A DNA stretch of 64,000 bases from Phoronis australis (lineage: Eukaryota > Animalia > Phoronida). Position numbers and translations under genes: made by a program. Under the pieces are notes generated by a model, which had not been told where the DNA came from, ran no database searches, and saw only the letters and a list, made by a program, of their open reading frames with translations. How positions within the stretch are numbered: position 1 is the stretch's first letter; every line of letters begins with the position of its first letter. The DNA is taken from NCBI GenBank assembly GCA_002633005.1, contig NMRA01000148.1, positions 124,001 through 188,000 on the forward strand, written 5' to 3'. This document shows positions 25,901-53,151 of this stretch, in pieces.

Positions 25901-28900
25901 TTATGGAAACTCTGTGTGGTGCTCGATCTATTATTTAACCCTATATAAGGAAAAGGGTATCATTAAGTCATTGACTGAATCCACTTCTTCTATTGGCTGG
26001 AAAAACTCACCAATTCTCCAACTTGGGTAGAGCTTTGATCATGCCTTCTTTCTGAAGCACACTCAAGAGGGCGCTATTCTCAGCTTCTGACCCATCACAG
26101 ATATGAATGTCCTTTGGCTTGCACAGAGCTACACGATCCTCAACAAATTGTTTGACTGACGGCTGGAGAGACTCAATATCTCCGTGCACCACCTGAACGG
26201 ATAGAGCCCTGGATGCACTTTTGCAGAGCTGTTTTAAGACACCATTGGGCCTGCAGAGGAAAGAAAAAGAAACTCTTCATTACTTATAAAAAATATCTGG
26301 CAAATCCTGCCCAATCTACTTGTTAGCTTCGAAGTTTCAACAATATATAGACAGCAGGAAAACACATTTCAGCAGCAGATTGCAAGTTGAAATTAGACAC
26401 CAATGACATATAAATGCAAGGATGTTTTAAAATACGGACAAAAATTATCTTGAAATAAATATTCTGACTAACAATGATGGATTTAGGCTGATATTCACAA
26501 TAAGACTTCTATCAAAAATATCACAAAACAGTTTTGTGTCAAGAGGACTTATGAATACGTATATACTCAAACTTGACAATACTCATTGACGGATGACCTT
26601 TTCAATATAATTCTAGAGCTTGAATTTCCAAGTAGCCTTCCTTGAATAATTATATTTTCCAATATGAACCAATTTTCTTCGCTTGAATAATCACTATTCA
26701 AATTCGAAACGAGTCAATTGCTCAAACACAATATTATCATAAATGTATAAATTACATCTACATAATAAAAATTAACATCTATGCATCTATTAATCTATAA
26801 CAAACAAATAAAATCGAATTTTATTAGTTTATGAACTATGGATCTATGAGTTCTTATCGCACATACTTCACAATATTGCATCAGATAACATATCTTTTGT
26901 TGTGAACAAACACATGTTCGTTATCAGTGATAAAGCCCAATAAATTATGTAACTACATGTCATAAAAATATTGGAAAACAATTACTTACATTTCCCCAGT
27001 ACGAGTATCCATGATTTTGAAATTTTTAAATGCCCAAAACTTTCCACAAAAGTGATCCTCACTCCTTGAGATTCAATAAGTGAAATGGAAATTCCAGGAT
27101 GGTAAACAAGTTTATACAGAAGACAACAGCAAGAGGCTTCAGAGAAGGTGTGTCACATTTCTCTCCTGTCATTGGTTGATTTTGGTAGGTGTTGGCCAGA
27201 CATTGCAACCCGATTGGGTAACCTAAATATTGCATCAGCTGACACTGGTCAATACCTGTTGTGACGCACAAGTATTTTCATAGCCAACAGTTAACCTTGA
27301 AGCATGTCTGAGGTTGTTGAAGGGTGAAACACAAACCATGGCATTCCTGATCCAGGGGTTGTAAACAAGTTTTCTGTTTTTAACTGCGATAGGTCAAAAG
27401 TATACAGGGTCAAAGCCCAGTAACTAGTTTAAACTAGTTGAGGTGCCAAACAAATTTACCATGGTAACAAATGATCTGCCTGGAGGAAGTAAGCTGACCA
27501 GTGAGCAAGTGACTAACAAATGTCCTTGACACAGGATACCCTGTTCAATACATGACCAATATATATCTGAGTCACTATGGTTTGAAACACAAATGTTTGT
27601 GGTTGCTTGTGGACTACCTATCCATACCACAGGGGATACCCCTATTATGTAGCACAATACAGGGACAATAACCTCATAATACCCCCTTCAGGGACTGTAG
27701 TTGAATAAAGCAGCATTGTTGCTAAAAAGGTTGTTGGGGTGCACACCCATAGAAAAGGTATACAGGTAGCTTTTTGATGGCCAGTTTCCTCTCAAAATGT
27801 TGCCTTTTCTGACAAGGGTGCAATTTCCGACTTATAAACTCCACATGTTACTGGTTTCCGACCACAGAAATCTATAGAAGGTTTTCAATGTGATACTTTT
27901 TAAAAAGTTGTAGCAAAAGAAGAACTTATTTTTGACAACACAGCATCTCTTCTTAGGTTAAATAGTCAGCAAAAGAGTAAAGTTTCTGAAACAAACCATT
28001 CAAATGGACGACTGTTGGATGGAATCTTCCAATAAATGTGTTCGTTTTTAAAGTCCACTCTTAAATGGGGGGATATAGTAATTTTTCAATATTACATTCG
28101 GTCAAAAATATAGTCCACTCCCCCTCCCCCAGGTGTAAGTTGCAGTTTAATGGCAGAGAATAGCCTGCTTCATGCTTCATGGCAGCAAAACCTAGCTACC
28201 AAACACACGAGAACCAAACACGTAAGAAAAAAAATGAAAGTTCTCTGGCCAAGTGAAATGTGGCAAAATTGGCTGAATAAAGGAGAATATAAGTGATAAC
28301 AAATGTAGCCAACGACAACGCTCAAATCACCACTGATGACACAGAGAATGACCACGACATCACCACCAGCACTGTCAATAACACCAGCAATGCTGCCAGC
28401 AACACCGACAATAACATCGACGACACTGATGACAATACTAAGACATCCATAAACATTACAAAGCCCCCATTGATGGCGTTGATGATACGAAACCACCATC
28501 ACCAAAACTTATGATCTGAAAAAGATCTCTTAAGGAACACCAGAGATACGGCATGAGAAACAGCAGTCCTCAGAAAATCCCAAATAACTCGAAAACGTTA
28601 AGTAGGCGTACTAAAATAGTAGCACACTATCGATAGCTCTTAACAAGATCTATCTACAAGCCAAATTTCAGAAGAATCTTTCAAAGGACAGCAGAGTTAC
28701 AGACACGCAAAGTGAAAAATGGCCACCACAGTGCCACCTTGTGTCTTATTTCCCTAATTTACAATAATAACCCTCAAGCTTTTCATGACAGACATGTTGT
28801 CCATTTTCACTTCAATTGTACGAAACCTGCAATCTATAGTGTGCGTAGGATAAACCAATAACAGAGCAGCAAATCGCCAGACTAGTAAATCTCCAATAAC

Positions 28901-31900
28901 TCAAAAATGGTAAGTCTGAGCGAGAAACAGATAGCCATTAAGGGACGCTGTATATACAGTCATCTAAAAACTTAGGGTAATTTGAGAATGGTAAGTTGTA
29001 GCAAGAAACGGATGACAAACTCCAGACGGTGAGATAGCCCTTGACGAAATCCATCCACAAATCTATCAACAGAGGACCAGGGAGCTAGAGTTCCACGAAG
29101 GGAAATTTTCAAAAATGGCTGTAACACTGCCATCTTTGGACTAAATTCACCCCAAAATAAATAAGTCTCCAGCTTTTAATGAGATACACCTTGTGTTAAT
29201 TTTATGTTGATCTTCAGACGTAAAATGTGACCTGTAGTGTGCATACAAACAAGTAAATGAAAAAATTCATGACAAATCAACAAACTTAGAGAACTTTCAT
29301 TTCGAGGAGTACAAATGAACATATTGTTGCACAATGTTAAGAGTCATAAAATAGAGATAAATTCCAAAATACAAGTAATGAACATTTTCAATGTTTAAAC
29401 CTACACCGTAGCTATGCCTGCAGATTATTGTCATCATAAGATTTTATTTCCAAAATGATATACAGTATTTTAGAAATTGATTAGATAATGTCAGTCTATT
29501 CTAATGGAAATTTAGTGCCGCATATCACAATCAATAATGGTTATATTACCAATTTAGCGTGTACAACAGGATAGCCAAGTGACATTTTATTTTCTCATTT
29601 TTCTTAGAAGGTATGTAACACCAAATTCGTGCTTTTACAGTTCAAGTTCTGTACCATAGCTTATTTGTAGGTATTCACAACAATGTAAGAAGCCCTTGCA
29701 AAATGAAAAAGGTCAATTTAGGTAATTATTTGAGTCTGAATCTGGTCATGTCTTCTTAAAGTTATCCTCAGTGGTGTTTTTTTTCTGGTCATGACCTTGG
29801 TATTCATCAGGAGTTATGACCTATTTACAAACAGCATTGTAAGGAGGCCTATTCAAAGGTGTGCCTGGCTACCAGCTATTTGATTGGCTATTCATTAGGC
29901 TGACCTATATACTTTATGCTCAAGAGCCCTTGAAGTTTCCATCATTGTTGCCAAGCATTCACAGCATATACCTAAACTGGATTACTGAACTAGGTTACTT
30001 TACTCTTTGGAATGAGACTACACCAACTGCTCATTACAAAACTTGACAGACACATTAAAAGGTACAACAATCACAACATACAATGCATACAGTTGTAAAT
30101 TATAGAATCAGCTGACCATTGAACAGAGCTATTTGCTTCATCACTGAAAATCCAGATTGATTGGGTAATAAGGTAATCAGCTAACTGTAATGACCTAGCT
30201 AAACACATCACCAAAGTTCTGGGAATTTCCATGCAATGTGGATGATCATTCGGAAAATCCCCAACGGGATGCTCATGAGCGCTTTCTTGAAAAATTTACA
30301 GAAATTGAAAAACGATGAACCGCAAAGTGAACATTTAAGAAAAAAGGAACAACAATCAAAAACGTCAGGAAACGCATCCTCTGGTGATTCATCATTACTG
30401 TTTTGGCTCTGAGGTAAAAACTGACCAGAATGACAAGAGTTTATAAATGAATAGCTACTGACCAAGACAAGCAATATGCCCAGGTGAACAGGACACTGTC
30501 CTTAAAAACCTTAAGTTGATGAGACAACCCTGTACAAGTCACATAATTAATGCAATAAATTTTGACATAAGACAAATTAACCAGTCTTGTCCTGTCACCT
30601 AGTGGCCAAAGTCCACAACATGTCTGGCTCCAATTAGGATAAGATAACAGCAAGAAGCACTCTGTGAGATTAGGGTTAAATATAGACCAAGGAAGCATGT
30701 TTTTCCACTGCCAGTATCTCACTTATTATGCGCAATCTACACAGTTTAGGTAGGCTTGCATAGCTTAGGTACAGGAATACAGTAACAGGTCTTGCATCAT
30801 CCCAAGTCAAGTGGCAGCTGAATTATATATGAATTACTTAACAAAGCCCATTTAATGAAATTTTAACAACTCTAAGCATAAAACAGATTGCAGTTATGGA
30901 AACCGCAATAAAAAGTGTAGCAAATATCTGTGATGGGGGGACACTTGACTCAGCTTAACATTAGGGGGAGAGGCTTTAACATTTGAGATTAGTATTTTTT
31001 CTAGCAATTAAGGGTAATAAAAATTCCAATGTGAAGAAGTTTTTTTCTCAGAATTTCACCACCCTGAGCTAGAAAATTTTGACCCTTTCATAGCATTTTT
31101 GTATAACACTAAAAAATATCATGTAGTTTTAACACAGTGTACTATGTTTTTTAGAGAAAATAAACTCAGACCTAAATTCCCACAGTGAGTGGGAGTGACC
31201 CCCTCCCACAAATAACAATTTACTAAAGGTCAGTCACCTGTCACAACTAATCTGTCTGGACAGCATGTGCTTTTTAAAAATGAACATCATTTTGAAGGTT
31301 TTGCAAACAACAAAATATGCACAACCATTGTGTTTGCCAACATCTTTATCACATGACTTGTTGAATACATAAAAGCTACAAAAAATAAGTCAAAGATAAT
31401 TACAGAATCCAAATTTCTAGATGAAAGCAACCACTTCTCCCAGTTGCAACAAAACAGGTTTACCACACAACAATTGAAAACCTAATCTGACATGAGGAAC
31501 ACGAAAAATTATTTGAAGGAATATACCACAGAATTCGTAGTCTATGTTTTCACAAAATGCATTTCATTGGAACCAACACAACATTTGTATGAGAATTTCT
31601 TCAAGGAGGCAGATGGCACCTCTGAATGAAATGGCAGATTCACTGATATTCCTAACCAGGTTTGAACCTATGCCCTTTGGGCGCACCTGATGATAAAAAG
31701 TGTCTCTTTTTTCAAAAAGTTGTGCCCAGCAGACTTAGTGTAATTAAAGTGGTAACATATGAAATAGAAACGCCCAGGGGAAATCGAAATAAGAACAGAG
31801 TCATGATTTACCGACAGGCTACATGATGGTAAAAAAACGAGAGAAGTTACTTACTAGAAGACTGTAAGTTAGGTACGCTGGGAAGTAAGTAAGTAACTTC

Positions 31901-33879
31901 TCTAATTTTTTACCATCATCACAGAAGACAATGATGAATCATGAGCACTTTTAACCGTAGCTATATGTTGACTAGGATCTTGCGTTTTTGGAAGAGTATT
32001 GTGTTTTAAAAGATGCACCTGGGGAGGCGCACTGCTGCAATGTACTTGCGCCTTTTTATTTTTTTATGTGCTAATAGCGTAAAGGTGCAGTCCAGGAATA
32101 TGCCTGCAGATTAGTGATGTCCCCAATGGTGTGCTAATCACCGTCTTATGACATAATCATGTGCTGCAGTGTTGACACTTTAGACTGTAAAGTACATTGG
32201 ACTCAGAAAATGCCCAACAGAGCCTACCACAGGTTATGTCACTGGAATGAAGACTTCACTGGAAAACAATTGGAGAGAGTGTTCAGATATTAAATTATTT
32301 TCAGAGGGCCCATGACATATAAGGATCAGCTTTCTTAGCTCAACAACCTAAACTATGAAGGAAAATTTTACTATATAAAAAAGCAGGAAAACAATACACA
32401 TGTCATAACATTTTTTCAAAACGAACCATAAACTAGGGTGCACAGCAGTTGTAGGATTCGTCTGAAGTCGTCATCCTCTGTCAACTTTATACACTTGCCA
32501 AATTACATAAAGATCCTGCAGAGGATTTACCAGACATAGCCATGGAAGTAAAAAAATGCCATAGGGAAGCGCCAAAGCAGTCGGATCTGAAAATTGTCAC
32601 CAGCCCCCTCTTTACAGTAGGAGCATATATGTCAATTTTCATAATCATCTTCAAAGCAGTTTAGCTGATGGATGGGCAGATGCCAAAAACGGAATCAATT
32701 CAGTGAAAATGGCCACTAGGTGGCAAAACATACTGCGAATTCATCTGAAACTGAGACGGTAATGTCGTCTCACTAATAGATACCTATTTGTCAAATTTTA
32801 TGAAAATCTGTAGAGGAACTCTGAAGATACAGAGGTAAACATAAAAGACTAAAATTACTACTAGGGGGAACACCCATAGTCAGTCCAAACATTCGCTCAC
32901 GCTGTCCCATCCATAAAGGGAGTATATGAGCAAAATTTCACAAACATGCATGCAAGAGTTTTGTATATACAGAATCAGACACCGGATGGCATAAGGCACC
33001 CACATACAAACATGTGGGCACATAAATGGTGTCATATGAGGGTACAAATCGTGTGGAGCGTCACGACGACAGGTTCTTTTTGATTAAAGCGGCATTAACC
33101 CTGTGCTTTCTGTCAGTTTTGATTTAAAGTCAGGCACAGCTATAAATTGCGCTTGTCTGGTTTCTTACTCAGTTTAGATGTGACCTGAAATTTTATGAGC
33201 TTCATTGGAGTGTGAAGAAATAACAGTCAGTTCTTTCCATGCCACAAAATTACACCTGTTTTGGCTAAGGAACAATTTGTGAATAATTTCATAAATGGAA
33301 CATGGACTGAATCGAAGCCTGTTTTTTAAATCATACCACTTAATTAAGTTGTCAAATGCTATTTTTTATGACACAAGCAACTATTTTTTTTGAAAACTAG
33401 CACAAAATTGCAGGTCAGTTTCCATTTAAGAAAGCTTTTGTCTTGATGAATTAGATAGAGAATGAAGACCAAATCACTGACCACCATTGATTTAGTTTAC
33501 AGAAATTGCAAATGTATGTCCACCAATGTCAATGAGACCATCCCCATTGCTTTGTGTAAATTTATTGATTAATGGTCTTCCATTCGCCAGTTATGAACCA
33601 AATGTTGCTTCCAATAAAATCCAACAAGACTGTCTGGACATACTATCTGAAAGCATGTAGCGATGTTGACAGCGAATACGCGGCAAACGCTCGGTGACCG
33701 ACAAATTAAATTGTCCCTGCCCTGTTAACCTCTCTCAGCTGATTTTGAACACTTTACCAGGCAACATCGACAACGAACGATTCACCATAGGCATAGAGTA
33801 AACTGTGGCAGATTTCATCTTTTCAGTTCGTCTACATAGTCAAGAATCAACAGAATTACCTGAACAAAAGTAACCTCAT
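19976..33879 (-). CDS. PCK: Phosphoenolpyruvate carboxykinase [GTP], isoform with predicted mitochondrial presequence (635 aa)
   Basis: Exons (minus strand): 33860-33879, 26011-26250, 24617-24801, 24075-24278, 23265-23452, 22447-22660, 20736-21137, 19976-20430; total 1908 nt = 636 codons. Motifs: [98 protein letters not shown]. The shared exons are secure; the choice of first exon is inferred. Confidence 0.95.
22969..23203. mobile_element. PIF/Harbinger-like MITE in a PEPCK intron
   Basis: TIRs GGGCCCGTTTCAAGAAAACTGA / TCAGTTTCTTGGAATAGGCCC, flanked by CTG and CAG (CWG-type, not identical); internal agacaaa/tttgtct subrepeats. A related element lies at ~21537-21798. Confidence 0.55.
26990..27012 (-). 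CDS. PCK: PEPCK alternative first coding exon E1a (MDTRTGEM), predicted cytosolic isoform
   Basis: ATG GAT ACT CGT ACT GGG GAA AT followed by a perfect gtaagt donor; phase 2 matches the acceptor at 26250. TATA and CCAAT motifs lie just upstream. Confidence 0.75.
27111..27270 (-). promoter_or_regulatory. Proximal PEPCK promoter (E1a): TATA box, CCAAT boxes, AARE-like and CRE-like motifs
   Basis: Minus-strand TATAAA at 27111-27116, ~100 nt upstream of the ATG; CCAAT at ~27171-27175 and ~27214-27218; ATTGCATCA at 27229-27237; TGACGCA at ~27262. Confidence 0.55.
32431..33024 (+). mobile_element. Helentron/HINE-like non-autonomous element
   Basis: Starts aactag, has ~4 diverged internal units each with caaatttca and cactagggggc-like motifs, and ends in hairpin cccacat..atgtggg followed by cacataa. 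Related copy at ~58060-58412; similar units at ~28520-29260. Confidence 0.5.
33860..33879 (-). CDS. PCK: PEPCK alternative first coding exon E1b (MRLLLFR), predicted mitochondrial isoform
   Basis: gccATG AGG TTA CTT TTG TTC AG|gtaatt, phase 2. Joined to exon 2 it gives [25 protein letters not shown], which has no acidic residues and an R-x-L/S cleavage-like motif. Confidence 0.75.
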
Positions 33880-33987
33880 GGCTGTAAAGTTCTCAAAAGT
33901 AGACGAAAGATGTATATGAGTCTCAGAATTTAATCAACGCACCATCAGCCACGAAATCACCGGTTGAGTGACCCGGATTTGAACTCT

Positions 33988-33995
33988 TGACGTCA
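33988..33995. promoter_or_regulatory. Perfect CRE palindrome TGACGTCA ~110 bp upstream of the PEPCK E1b ATG
   Basis: Sequence cttTGACGTCAgc-like context at 33988-33995; a second perfect CRE lies at 35315-35322. Confidence 0.45.
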
Positions 33996-34187
33996 GCAAA
34001 TGATTAGAGCTCTTCTGTTCACTGAGACTGAAAAAATCACAAGTTAAGAAGGTGAGTTTTAGACGAATGCTGTGTTAAGTTTTGCAAAATCAGTGAATCT
34101 ATGAACAGGTGACGACGGTAACTGCCGAACAAATTCCCTATGTTGTATTCCTACAGGTTCACTGGCTAGGCTTCTTGAAGTACTCAC

Positions 34188-34207
34188 CAGTTAAAACAGC
34201 TATCCAT
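34188..34207 (-). CDS. PCK: PEPCK candidate alternative first coding exon E1c (MDSCFNW)
   Basis: ATG GAT AGC TGT TTT AAC TG|gtgagt: strong donor, phase 2, in frame with exon 2. It could instead be a 5' UTR exon carrying a uORF. Confidence 0.45.
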
Positions 34208-35380
34208 CCTCACTGACTCAGAGCTTCTGGGGCTAGGCACAGGCGCTCGGATTTCCAGATCACTCACCATAAATAAGAAACATAAAGGTTGGACACTAAA
34301 ACTTTGCAAAGCCGAGGTTCCCAACTTCAACTGTCCAAAATCCAAATAAAATCTGCGTTCACCTCCCTCAGTCTGGTATTGCTTAAACCTTCGAAGCCTT
34401 ATCTTTCCTAGATCCTACTAACTGTCCTCAAGAGTGGTGAATTGGCCATGAAATTTCCAAAACAATCTCAAAACTCGGAATTCATGGACCTAAAATATTA
34501 AACATGGTGGATTTCAGTTTTGCTTCAACTTGTATGCCTGTCGTAGGTGAAACTTCAAGTTGAGCAAGCAACCTATATTTCAAATTCAATAATTCCAATC
34601 CAAAACTCAGACAACTAATGTTAAAGTTAGTATTTTAATGATTATTTGTAACTTTATTCCACTGACAGCTCATTTTAGCCCTTAACTTAGAATTTTATTA
34701 CATAAACTGGCGTATCTTGTTTCTCATCTTGACATCACGCACTTTTTTTATTAAAGCACAACACACACTCGGCCAGGAAACGCAGTCCGTGCAAGTATCA
34801 TTACAATGCGCGTGGCCGACGAGTTTTAACTCAGTGGTTTTGGCCAAAAGAAAAACCTTCATGAGAAATCACAGTACACAAAATAACTTCGCATGTCAAT
34901 ACAGTATCAGGATAATTTATATTTGACACAAATATGTGAGTAATTACATTTATTTGGCAATAAAGTGCTCTCTGCTTCTCATGATCAAGTAGACGAGGGA
35001 TTAACGATGAAATCCGCGCAAAATTAGACTTTCGGATTTATCTCGGGAGCTTCCGTCAAAAACCCGGATGTGCGAAGACCGTCTGCCATGACATCACGGA
35101 ATAAGTTCCTTAAATTTGTTATTTTGGCATTCTTTTGGCATTTTTGTCGCCAAATTACCACTCGAAGGCAATTTGAAGAGATCAAATGAAAGAAGGTATT
35201 CTAAGAGTTGTTCAATGCTAGTTTCGTGGAGTTCCATGCACATTTGGGTAGAAAATTTTGAGGAAACAGATTTCGAGAGTCCAACCTTTATGTTTTCTTA
35301 CATGTAGTAGTGAGTGACGTCATTTGCGATCGAGGAACAGATAAACCCAAGCGCCTGTGGTTCTAGGTAGATATCTGATA

Positions 35381-35724
35381 TAGACAATGTCAATGACCAT
35401 CGTCTCTGCTGGCGCAGGAGCTTCATACGCCGGAAGCGTTTCGGTGAATTATGCCTCACACTGATTGAAACATCAAAGTCACGTTGTTATAAATACCTTT
35501 TGCGCATAGATGGACACCTTAGGAGGTAGTCTATGTATTTAATTCCTTCCAACAAATTCTCAAATTACCTCTATGCGTAAAAGGTATTTATAACAACGCG
35601 ACTTTGATGTTTTAATGAGTGCGAGGCATAATTCGCCGAAAAGCTTCCGGCGTATGAAGCTCCTATTGGAGTTCCATTGTCTAGGCTAGCTGCACCAGCA
35701 CAGATGATGGTCATTGTCTGTCTA
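35381..35724. repeat. Long inverted repeat / foldback MITE between PEPCK and OSGEP
   Basis: Arms 35416-35510 and 35570-35664 are near-perfect reverse complements; outer arms 35381-35417 and ~35690-35724. Confidence 0.85.
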
Positions 35725-35838
35725 GGTAGGTGCACAGGCTGACCATGTCACTGGCTTCCTCAGCTTCTGATCACAGGCGTCCTCAGCTTCTGATGGTCCC
35801 CAATACACTTTTTATATAAACTACAAGCTATGACACCC

Positions 35839-35904
35839 CATAGGCGGATTTAGGGGGGCCCAAAGGGCCCGGGCCCCCCTTGTGATATCCTAGATCCGCC
35901 ACTG
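35839..35904. mobile_element. 66-bp MITE with 5-bp TSD (hAT5-like family), copy 1
   Basis: CATAGGCGGATTTAGG..CCTAGATCCGCCACTG flanked by CACCC on both sides. Confidence 0.7.
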
Positions 35905-36370
35905 CACCCAGAACGAGGAATTCCACGGGTGCTTCACTTCAGCCATCCATATCAAACACAAAACTCAATATTTACGCAAAACATGAGCAATTGTTCTTTC
36001 TTCTGATAGCATTTACAGTGTCCTGCTCCAGCGAGTTTGCAACAAATTTGCGGTCAAAGCACAAAATTCTTCCCAAAAAGCTGATGCGTACTGTCAATAG
36101 TGTCCCACACAAGATTGGATATCAATACGCTGCCAAAACTGCAGTTATCTCCCTTTAAAGTCCTGGTCTCAAACTGCCCATGTGGTTCCAGTATCCGAAA
36201 ATACATACTAAATAAAATCTTATTATCGACACCCTTTCTTTATATTCTTTTCGCCTTTCTTGCCAAAAGCGATTTTTAGCAGTATTTGACCCTTCTCTGT
36301 GAGCGTATAATTACAGGGAGATAACTGCAGTTTTGGCAGTGTATTGATGCCCAATCTTTTAGTAACAGTT

Positions 36371-37044
36371 NNNNNNNNNNNNNNNNNNNNNNNNNNNNNN
36401 NNNNNNNNNNNNNNNNNNNNNNNNNNNNNNNNNNNNNNNNNNNNNNNNNNNNNNNNNNNNNNNNNNNNNNNNNNNNNNNNNNNNNNNNNNNNNNNNNNNN
36501 NNNNNNNNNNNNNNNNNNNNNNNNNNNNNNNNNNNNNNNNNNNNNNNNNNNNNNNNNNNNNNNNNNNNNNNNNNNNNNNNNNNNNNNNNNNNNNNNNNNN
36601 NNNNNNNNNNNNNNNNNNNNNNNNNNNNNNNNNNNNNNNNNNNNNNNNNNNNNNNNNNNNNNNNNNNNNNNNNNNNNNNNNNNNNNNNNNNNNNNNNNNN
36701 NNNNNNNNNNNNNNNNNNNNNNNNNNNNNNNNNNNNNNNNNNNNNNNNNNNNNNNNNNNNNNNNNNNNNNNNNNNNNNNNNNNNNNNNNNNNNNNNNNNN
36801 NNNNNNNNNNNNNNNNNNNNNNNNNNNNNNNNNNNNNNNNNNNNNNNNNNNNNNNNNNNNNNNNNNNNNNNNNNNNNNNNNNNNNNNNNNNNNNNNNNNN
36901 NNNNNNNNNNNNNNNNNNNNNNNNNNNNNNNNNNNNNNNNNNNNNNNNNNNNNNNNNNNNNNNNNNNNNNNNNNNNNNNNNNNNNNNNNNNNNNNNNNNN
37001 NNNNNNNNNNNNNNNNNNNNNNNNNNNNNNNNNNNNNNNNNNNN
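36371..37044. other. Assembly gap (N run); further gaps at 44138-44342 and 44821-44830
   Basis: Runs of n in the sequence. Confidence 1.
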
Positions 37045-37586
37045 CCCCCCCTCCCATACAGATTTTACTGGAACAGCCCTTACTGGCATTCATTGGATAT
37101 GACAGCACTAGAAACAGGTGATCTTACGCAGTCTCCACAGTTCTTAGTCGTAAAAAACTGGCGTCGTAAGATTAGTCGACGTATGTACCGTAAAATCTCG
37201 CCAATAGCAAACATCTGAAATTTTATTTTCTCATTTTTCATAAACCGTATGTAGTACCAAAATGATGTTTTGCTATGTCTCCATCGCTACCAACAGAAAC
37301 TATTTAAAAAATTGCAAGTATTCACATCAGTGTGAGAAGTCCTTGAAAAACAAAAAAGGATAATTCTATTTACCGAGTATCTGAAGTTGCCATACTTAAG
37401 CCAATCAGCTATACTACCTGGTATCAGTAGCTTATGGCTTAATCTTAGTCTTGAAAAAAACGTAACTTTGGCTGCCATTATTTTTGTCCAAAATTGGTGA
37501 GATCTTACTGCAATGTGCATACAAGACTTGGAAAATGTGTTCCTTTAGCTTCAGAACAGTTATACTGTGTTTCAGTTGACGGAGCC

Positions 37587-53151
<15,565 letters not shown>

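Noticed and set aside
28170-28514. Thr/Asn/Asp-rich ORF and its hydrophobic antisense ORF
   Set aside because: Degenerate trinucleotide-like low-complexity sequence with no convincing splice signals.
34268-34283. Further ATG-containing segment (MFLIY) with a gtgagt donor upstream of PEPCK
   Set aside because: Phase 1, so it is incompatible with exon 2 directly; it would fit only through an unproven acceptor just before E1b.
36223-37108. Long ORFs of 249-288 aa in the ORF track
   Set aside because: Artefacts of translating through the N gap.
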